Assembly (NCBI GenBank): GCA_965223665.1
Contig: OZ245011.1
Coordinates: 960,001 to 1,024,000 of the forward strand
DNA: 64,000 nucleotides
Direction of reading: 5' to 3'
DNA from: Nitrospinaceae bacterium
Lineage (GTDB): Bacteria > Nitrospinota > Nitrospinia > Nitrospinales > Nitrospinaceae
The notes below the pieces were generated by a model, which was given only the letters and a program-made list of their open reading frames with translations, was not told the DNA's origin and searched no databases. Made by a program: the position numbers and the translations under genes. Below are positions 1-7,900 of this stretch, one piece after another; position 1 is the stretch's first letter; each line of letters begins with the position of its first letter.

Positions 1-10
1 CTTAAACTTC

Positions 11-718
11 GTGATTTTAAAAATGTTTAGAATATTTTTCGTTACATTTTTCTTATTATGCTTGGTCGGAAGTCCCGTCAGCGCTGGAAATTTAAAAGGG
101 AAAATAAATTTCAGTGGCAACGTTCCCCCTATTCCTATGCATAAAACAGGTAAATTCAGTAAAGCATGTGGGCCAGAAATAGCTGGAGAGGAGCTTCTTG
201 TTGAAAACAAAGGAGTTAAAAATACAGTTCTGTGGTTAACAGGACGGAAGGCCAAAAAAGTTAAGGCTGATCCAAAGGAATATGTTTTGGATCAAAGTAA
301 ATGTCAATATCATCCGCATGTTACCGTTATGGTTAAGGAATCCGAATTATTAATTCGGACAAGTGATCCTATAAATCATAATATACATACTTATTCTTTT
401 GACAATGATCCAATAAATATTATGTTTGTGCCTGGACAGGAACATAGTCAAGAGTTTGAAGAAGCCGAAGTGGTAAAAGTAGAGTGCGATTTGCATTCAT
501 GGATGCATGCCTGGATTGTAGTTACCCCGAATCCACTTAATGCTTTGACCGATAAAGAAGGAAATTATGAAATAAATAATATTCCGCCCGGAAAATATAC
601 TTTAAATATTTGGCACGAGGCTTTCGGAGAAGCTAGTCAAAAAATAGAAATAAACGATGGGGATACTGAGTTTAATTTTGACCTTATTTCTATCAATCCC
701 CAAGTTTCCAAAAAATAA
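11..718 (+). CDS. Secreted cupredoxin-like / carboxypeptidase-regulatory-like domain protein (paralogue 1)
   Basis: N-terminal signal peptide; HNIH ... ECDLHSWM (H...CxxHxxM type-1-Cu-like); C-terminal 'TDKEGNYEINNIPPGKYTLNIWH' prealbumin-like fold motif. True start may be the ATG at 23. Confidence 0.75.
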   Translation: MILKMFRIFFVTFFLLCLVGSPVSAGNLKGKINFSGNVPPIPMHKTGKFSKACGPEIAGEELLVENKGVKNTVLWLTGRKAKKVKADPKEYVLDQSKCQYHPHVTVMVKESELLIRTSDPINHNIHTYSFDNDPINIMFVPGQEHSQEFEEAEVVKVECDLHSWMHAWIVVTPNPLNALTDKEGNYEINNIPPGKYTLNIWHEAFGEASQKIEINDGDTEFNFDLISINPQVSKK

Positions 719-768
719 AATCACGCTTCAAAATAGCGTTCAAACCTGAAATTGGGAGCTACATTTTC

Positions 769-1605
769 ATGAAAAAGTCGATTCATTTATTAATCACTCT
801 ACTTTCTGTACTTGCGTTTAATTTGTTTCAGGAGACAGAGGCTTACCAGGAAGTCGAAGTAAAAAATGGTGGAACTCTTCAAGGTAAAGCAAGTATGTCC
901 GGACAAACGCCCCAACCCAGGGTTTATCATTTAGTGCTATTTCCAAATTTAGACCTCTGTGCAGAAGTGGATACCGATGATGAAATGAACCGAGTTTTAT
1001 TTGATTTTATTTCAGATGATAAAAAAGGTTTAAAAGATGTAGTCATTGCTCTTGAACATGTCGATGCGGGAAAACCTTTTAATAAAAAACCCATTAATAT
1101 TCTTTCAGAAAACTGCAAGTTTTATCCGGATGTAAATATTGTTAGACAAGGGGAATCGTTTTTTGTCGATAATCAAGATGCAGTAATGCACAACAGTCAG
1201 GTATATCAAGCAGAACGCGGAAAGATTATTTTAAACATCCCTATCCCAGCTGAAGAAGTTTCTGATGGGAAAGTAACTTTCCAAAAAGATTATAAAATTT
1301 TTCAAATGATTTGTGGAATGCATGAGTTTATGCAAACCTGGGGATATAGAGTGCAAAACCCTTATTATTTCAAAACGGGAGTCGATGGCAATTTTAAAAT
1401 TGACAATATTCCTCCAGGAGAATACCAAGTAACTGCCTGGCATTATTTAATGAAGCCACAAAAGAAAAAAATAAAAATAGAACCAAACTCTGTTATAAAT
1501 TTAGAATTTAGCTTTAATGGCGATAAGGTAATTCGACCTCTTTATGAAACTATTAAATCGGGTCGAATTAAAAAAGATGCTAGAGTTCCAGGTGGCATTC
1601 ACTAA
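769..1605 (+). CDS. Secreted cupredoxin-like / carboxypeptidase-regulatory-like domain protein (paralogue 2)
   Basis: Signal peptide; MHNSQ ... ICGMHEFM; 'TGVDGNFKIDNIPPGEYQVTAWH'; GGGAG RBS upstream. Confidence 0.75.
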   Translation: MKKSIHLLITLLSVLAFNLFQETEAYQEVEVKNGGTLQGKASMSGQTPQPRVYHLVLFPNLDLCAEVDTDDEMNRVLFDFISDDKKGLKDVVIALEHVDAGKPFNKKPINILSENCKFYPDVNIVRQGESFFVDNQDAVMHNSQVYQAERGKIILNIPIPAEEVSDGKVTFQKDYKIFQMICGMHEFMQTWGYRVQNPYYFKTGVDGNFKIDNIPPGEYQVTAWHYLMKPQKKKIKIEPNSVINLEFSFNGDKVIRPLYETIKSGRIKKDARVPGGIH

Positions 1606-1641
1606 TTATTCTTTTGAACTAAAGTTTATATCTGAGGAAAG

Positions 1642-3552
1642 TTGAAAACACGTAGTATTTCAAACATCTTTTTTACCCTTGTTTGGGCTCTAGTTTTCTA
1701 TTCTTCTGCCTTTGGGTTTCAATCCCCAGGGCCAAATGATCTTCCAGATTCTATTACTTTTCGAAACGAAAAAATCTCCCTTCTAAACCTTAAAAATCCT
1801 CTGAAAGAAAATTCTGCCGACTATTCAAAAAATGTTAAAGAGGGTGGAGAGATATATTTCAAAAACTGTTTTCTTTGTCATGGGGATTTATTGGATGGCA
1901 ATGGCTTATACGGGAAAAGTTTTACTCCTCGACCTGCTGACTTAAGAAAGTTGTGGACTGATCCCCCTAAAAAAGAAAATTATACTTTTTGGCGAATTGT
2001 TAAAGGTGGAAAGGGTTTACCCAACAATTTTGCTCCCTGGAATTCAGCCATGCCCGCTTGGGAAAATGTATTAACGATTGAAGAAATTTGGAAAGTTATT
2101 TTATTTATTTATGAAACAATACAAAATCCCCAAGTTAAAAATCCTCCCAATGAACCTTCCTTAGACAGGGGGAAGGAAGTTTTTCAAACCAAATGCGCTT
2201 ATTGCCATGGAAAGGATGGTAAAGGAAATGGTGTCTCTGCCCCGTTTTCCAGTCCCCGTCCTAGAAATCTTACAAAGGGTCATATCAAATTTCGCACTAC
2301 CCATTTCGGCAAAATTCCAACAGATGAAGATCTTTATAAGGCTTTAACCAGGGGTCTAAATGCCACAACGATGCCCTCTTGGAAACATTTGGGAGATATT
2401 GATATAAAAAGCCTTATCCTGTATTTAAAATCCATTTCTAAAAAATTCCAAAAATTTGTTGACCGTAAAAAGACACATAAAATTGTTTCAATCCCTACTC
2501 CCCCACCATTTGATTTGGAAAGCACCCAAAGAGGCCGAGAATTATTTATAAAAAATTGTTCCGGTTGTCATGGTTTTAAGGGAAGAAGCGATGGCGAATC
2601 TACTAAGAAAATTGTCAATATTGCCTCAGATGCAATTCGTCCAAGAAACCTGACAAAGTCCTGGACTTTTCGTAGAGGACACTCGAGAAAAGATCTTTTT
2701 CTAACTATCCGTACGGGTTTGTCTACTACCGCTATGCCTCGATTTTCAGATAGAGTCCATTCAGATCAAATGATTTGGGATATTGTTAACTATATATCTA
2801 CGTTATCACCCGCAAAGGAACCCAAAACTCGGGAAGAAATCAAGGCAGTAAAATTAGACAAAGACCTTCCTTTAAACCCTGAAGATCCTCAATGGAAATC
2901 GATTTCAGGGAATTATATTCCCCTGGGTGGTCAAATTATTGATTCAGACAAAGCATACTATACAACTGTTGATAGTTTAAGGGTTCAGGCTATATATAAC
3001 GATACTGAAATTGCAATTAAACTAATTTGGGACGATCCAACCTTTGATCCAATACTTAAAAAGACTTCCAAGGTGGTTGAGTCTCCTGCCCCACCCTTAC
3101 CGGAACATTTGCAAGTTGATTCTGATGAAGCACCGCCAGAAGAAGAACCACAACCCCAAGAGATCCCGGATGCCCTATCCTTACAATTCCCTATTTCTAA
3201 CCAAGAAGGAACAAATCTGCCTTATTTTTTGAATGGAGATGAAATTAATCCTGTGACTTTGTGGAAATGGACTTCACAATCATCAGAAGCTCAAAAATTA
3301 ATCGGTAAAGGACTGAACCAGATATCTGATTTATCTTCGAACAGTCAAAAGGTTCAAACTCAAGTGACTTTTCAATATGGGCAATACCAATTAGTAATGA
3401 AAAGAAGTCTTGTTACAGAGACTCCACAAGATGAAACTCAGTTTGGACAAGGAAAATCAATACCGATTGCTTTTAATATCTGGGATGGTAACGAAGGAGA
3501 ATCTGGAACCAAAAAATCCATTTCGAGTTGGTATCTTTTAGTTTTAGAATAA
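1642..3552 (+). CDS. Triheme c-type cytochrome with C-terminal ethylbenzene-dehydrogenase-gamma-like (EB_dh/DOMON) domain
   Basis: Three CxxCH motifs (CFLCH, CAYCH, CSGCH), each followed by a distal Met (AMP/TMP/AMP); C-terminal 'DALSLQFP...PYFLNGD...PVTLWKW...IAFNIWDG...KKSISSW' typical of EB_dh domains; TTG start with GAGGA RBS. Confidence 0.8.
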   Translation: MKTRSISNIFFTLVWALVFYSSAFGFQSPGPNDLPDSITFRNEKISLLNLKNPLKENSADYSKNVKEGGEIYFKNCFLCHGDLLDGNGLYGKSFTPRPADLRKLWTDPPKKENYTFWRIVKGGKGLPNNFAPWNSAMPAWENVLTIEEIWKVILFIYETIQNPQVKNPPNEPSLDRGKEVFQTKCAYCHGKDGKGNGVSAPFSSPRPRNLTKGHIKFRTTHFGKIPTDEDLYKALTRGLNATTMPSWKHLGDIDIKSLILYLKSISKKFQKFVDRKKTHKIVSIPTPPPFDLESTQRGRELFIKNCSGCHGFKGRSDGESTKKIVNIASDAIRPRNLTKSWTFRRGHSRKDLFLTIRTGLSTTAMPRFSDRVHSDQMIWDIVNYISTLSPAKEPKTREEIKAVKLDKDLPLNPEDPQWKSISGNYIPLGGQIIDSDKAYYTTVDSLRVQAIYNDTEIAIKLIWDDPTFDPILKKTSKVVESPAPPLPEHLQVDSDEAPPEEEPQPQEIPDALSLQFPISNQEGTNLPYFLNGDEINPVTLWKWTSQSSEAQKLIGKGLNQISDLSSNSQKVQTQVTFQYGQYQLVMKRSLVTETPQDETQFGQGKSIPIAFNIWDGNEGESGTKKSISSWYLLVLE

Positions 3553-4827
3553 TTAATGCTTTTCTTTTTTAGAAACCGTCACCACACCTGAGAGCTCAGG
3601 GACTTTTAGGGTTGAAAGAAATGCAAGAATATTTTGTATCTCATTGTTACTTAAAATATCCTTAAAATTACCGGGCATGATTGATATTTTTTGAGTCTTA
3701 AATTTTTTTATTTCTGACTTAGGTATACTCAGTTTATTTCCTTCTTTATTTATGATATGGAGTGAAGTATCATCTTCATTTACTTTAATCCCGGTTAAAA
3801 ACTTTCCTTTTTTGGTCAATATCAAAACCGCTTTATAGCCTGCTGTTATTACAGCCTTGGGATTCAAAATTGACTCTAACAAAAACTCTTTTGTTCGAGT
3901 AGTGCCTACAAAACTTAAATCCGGTCCTACCTTACCACCTTCATTTCCAACTTTATGACACTTTGCACAATAAGCATTTCCCTCAGAGTCATAAAACAAC
4001 TTTTTTCCTTCTACCGGATCTCCGTCTTTATCGAAATAAGCTTCCCATTCATCTGGAAAAGATTCAGACTCCAATGAAGCTAAATAAGCAGTAACTGCCC
4101 GATCTTCTACTTCATTTAATCCAATAGTGGGCATTTTAGTATTTGGTTTAATAAATTGAGGATTCCGAATCCATGTGAATAGCCATTCCGGACTATAAAA
4201 AAATCCCGCTCTTGTTAAGTCAGGGCCTACCATTCCCCCTTCATCTTCTACCGAGTGGCAAGCAAAACAACTTTTTTTCTTTCTAAATAGTTTCTCACCT
4301 AATGCAAGTGTCGCATCCTCTTTCCCATATTTGGAATACCACTCCGTAAACTTTTGAATCTCGTCAGAAGTGATCCTGGGAACTCTTGGACGAATTTTGT
4401 TTATTTTTTCAGGTATTATAATAGGGTTGGTAAGGTCTCTAGCCAAAAACCTCACATAAGAGACTAAGGCCCATATTTCCTTTTCGGAAAGAGTATTTCC
4501 AAAAACCGGCATTAAATGAGATTTCTTTACTGCTTTTCCTCCTAAAGAAATAACTCTATATATTTGGGAATTGGTTTTTTTTGAAATGAAATTAAAGTCA
4601 GATAGCTCAGCAGGTTCTTTATCTAAATTATCTGCGTTATAGCCATCAGCATCCCCACTGACCCCATGACAATGTGCGCAATAATGGTTATATAAAGGCT
4701 TTCCTTTTTTAATTAAATCTTTGGGAAATTCTTTAGCGGTAGGAGGCTTATCACCACTTGCCCATACATAATTACAAGGGATGGCAATAAGTAAAATAAA
4801 AAAAGAAGCAAAGAACCTTCTTAACAT
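3553..4827 (-). CDS. Secreted triheme c-type cytochrome
   Basis: Signal peptide; CAHCH, CFACH, CAKCH; 'GPDL' motifs and C-terminal 'SIMP' typical of CxxCH putative heme-binding domains. Confidence 0.85.
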   Translation of the reverse strand: MLRRFFASFFILLIAIPCNYVWASGDKPPTAKEFPKDLIKKGKPLYNHYCAHCHGVSGDADGYNADNLDKEPAELSDFNFISKKTNSQIYRVISLGGKAVKKSHLMPVFGNTLSEKEIWALVSYVRFLARDLTNPIIIPEKINKIRPRVPRITSDEIQKFTEWYSKYGKEDATLALGEKLFRKKKSCFACHSVEDEGGMVGPDLTRAGFFYSPEWLFTWIRNPQFIKPNTKMPTIGLNEVEDRAVTAYLASLESESFPDEWEAYFDKDGDPVEGKKLFYDSEGNAYCAKCHKVGNEGGKVGPDLSFVGTTRTKEFLLESILNPKAVITAGYKAVLILTKKGKFLTGIKVNEDDTSLHIINKEGNKLSIPKSEIKKFKTQKISIMPGNFKDILSNNEIQNILAFLSTLKVPELSGVVTVSKKEKH

Positions 4828-4927
4828 AATTTTAGAGAAATTTCCTTTCCTCAGGATACTAAATTAAAAACTATGTAAAACTCCTATGATAATAACAAAA
4901 TTTGACAGTCCTTAAAATTATTAAAAC

Positions 4928-4962
4928 AAAAAAAAACAAGGGAACCCCTGGGGGTTCCCTTG
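4928..4962 (-). terminator. Rho-independent terminator after multicopper oxidase copy 1
   Basis: Inverted repeat CAAGGGAACCCC/GGGGTTCCCTTG followed on the minus strand by a U-tract. Confidence 0.8.
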
Positions 4963-4983
4963 CCAAAAAAAATACCTAATCGT

Positions 4984-7900
4984 TTATCGATTCATCGACA
5001 AGCGATTATCATCCTCACGAGAAGCAGATTTGAGGCCGTCCGGAGTGGCACCACCCAATGGTAAGATCGATCGATCTCCCTGAGGTAATACCTTAAAGTA
5101 ACCCCACTGACCAGCCTGCTGGTAAGGTGTCCGTGCATTCAACCATAAATACGTGCCTGGTACATGATACGTACCACCTGCACCATTCAGCAAGAATGCC
5201 TGGATGTACTCACCTCCGCCAAACTCTTCAACATCAATCATATCAGAACCTTCCTGGTTCAAATGCCGACGCCACTGATGACCATCCAAATTAAACATTT
5301 GGTTCTGCTCATTATGTGCGCCAAACACATTGATCATTACCTTGTCTCCTGCATGCGCTTTAATTGTCGGCGTTGCAGGATCATTATCCGCAGCAACACA
5401 AGGTGTAAACATATTACCTAATTCACATCCTTCGTCTTCACGGTAAGTCCAAGGTTCTAATCGATAATTTACACCTGTCAATCCTGCTACATTCTGCAGG
5501 TAAGGCATAAAAGACGTACCTAGAATATTGTCTTCATCCTGAAAATATAATGCAAAATCACGATAATTATCGATATGTGCATTTTCAGGATAAGACTTAT
5601 CAATAATCACGTCTGCTTTCCAGGAATTCCCAAGACTGATGTCTTTACCTGTCTCAGGATCTCGATATACAGAACCACGTGGACCAATGATAATTCCACC
5701 AAATAAACCATCACGTACGTTCGTGACCAGGTCACCAAAATCCCAGATTAAACCGGCATTGATGTTGTAATCCGGATGTGCGTAGAACGTGTACGTTTTG
5801 GATTTACCCGGTGCTACCGTTTGATCTCCAGGATTATTACCTACATTAATTCCTTGAGAATCTAACGGATTAAACGCCATGTTGTTCACATGCAGTGAAG
5901 TCTTACCTTTCTTCAAGCGATTGGTCAATTTCACTTTCACACAATCACCAATATTCGCTCGAAGGGTTAACGGATGCGGCATAGCTCCATCATCCGCGGC
6001 TTTCTTGACTTCATCCTCAAGTACAAATACTTTTCCTTCAGGATTCGCTAACAACAACTTTCGCTCAAAGTCCACTTCGATAATATCTTCTGCATTCGGA
6101 TTGAACTTCAAGGCTTTGTTGATCGCTACCACACTAAAGTTCTTGGTAGGTGCACCTTTTGGACATACTTCTTTTTTACTTTGCAAAATACCGCGAGAAC
6201 CTTCTAAGGGTTGCAGGTCTTTTTGGGCTTTATCATAAACCCGTAAAATACCCCAGCTACCTTCAGAAAGATGCGATGTTCGACCATCATAGAACAGATA
6301 ATCACCAGCCATCTGCTGATAACCACCTGCAGTCGTGGCCAAGTCATACCGTTCCGCAATGCCGACATGCAAGGCATTTGTTACACGGGAATCCCGATCA
6401 TAACGCTCAGGCCTAAAACCATGACCGGAAAGAGAAAACATATGAGTTTCGTTCATCATTCCGTGTAACAACCTGAACACAATCGTATCACCCAAATACG
6501 CACTAATTAAAGGAGTATCCGGATCACGATGTGCTTTACTGCTGAACAACTGAGACGCATCACCATTGGCTTTCAATCTAGCGGACAAAGAAGCAGCCCG
6601 GAAATTAAATCCGCCTCCAGTAGTATGCGTTCCACCATTCAAATACGGGAAGGCCACTTCTAACATATCCTTCGGCATTTGAAAGGAGATAGACTGACCC
6701 GCAGCAATCGCATTCTCTCGGCTCAAACCGGGAGGATTACCTTTTGTAACCAATTGCGCTGTATGCGGTACTGTGTCATGCATTTGTACAACGATTTCAC
6801 GGAAACTACCGTTTCGTCCATAAGCAATCGGTTCCGTGCCATGAATGTCAGCAACAGGTCCACTTCGAATGGGTTTTCCTGTTTTTGGATCATGGTAGGT
6901 CGATCCCCAGGGCTCAACAATAGTAGAACCAATTCCACCGTGCGGCCAGGTGGTCGCACCAAATGCATGGTCGTGCCAAAATACCAAACCTAAATCAGCA
7001 TCTACCCACCAGCGATAACGAACGTACTCCGTGCTCACAATTTGTCCTGCTTTATGAGCATGAGTCATGCCTTCGGTAAAAGTGATTTTGTATTTACCGT
7101 CTTTCGCCGGATTCTTATTAGGATCCGGTTCCATCTTTCCAATCCAGCGAGCGTCTTTACCATTCGGCACTTCAATACCCACAATGATATCGGTACCCAC
7201 GTGGAAAGGGGTTGCATGATGAGCCATCTCGATTTCAATGGTCTTATCACCCGGTTTCGTGTCTTTCAACAAATGTGCATTCATCGGAACCGGCATACCT
7301 ACATGATGGCCATTTTTTTGCTTCTTATCAAACTGCCTGTAAGAACGCATGGACTGGTCATAAGAAAATCCAGAAATAACCCCATCCGATGCTTGATTGT
7401 CAAACTGGAAGAAATGAGGATGAATGTTCACCTTAGACATTTGGAAATTGGTGAAATCATCATCATTCCATTCGCTGGTTAGTAATAAATCCACACAATC
7501 ATAAACATTTGCACGAATGACAAGTGGTTCAGCTTTCTTCGGATCTGCTTTTACGGCAGCCATTTCCTCATCAATAACGTAAATCAAACCGTATTTATCG
7601 ATGATGGGCGGCGTTCCTTTATATCCACCCTGAAGTTCAATGGGGGTATTTATGAACACCAGATTATATTGCTTTCGTCCCGCTCCTTCTGGGCACAAAC
7701 TCCAGCGGCCCTGCTCACCAGGTTTAGCTGGGGTACTGTTTTCCATACCAGAACTTGATCTTCCACTTCCGGATTCTGTTTTAGTTATCACGGAATTGTC
7801 AGTCAAATAATGGAACGGCTCTAACCAGGGAGCCCCACCATGATGACGCGCAAAGGGAACTCGCTTCCCAAAATGCGGGGTCATGTGTGGCCACGCTAAC

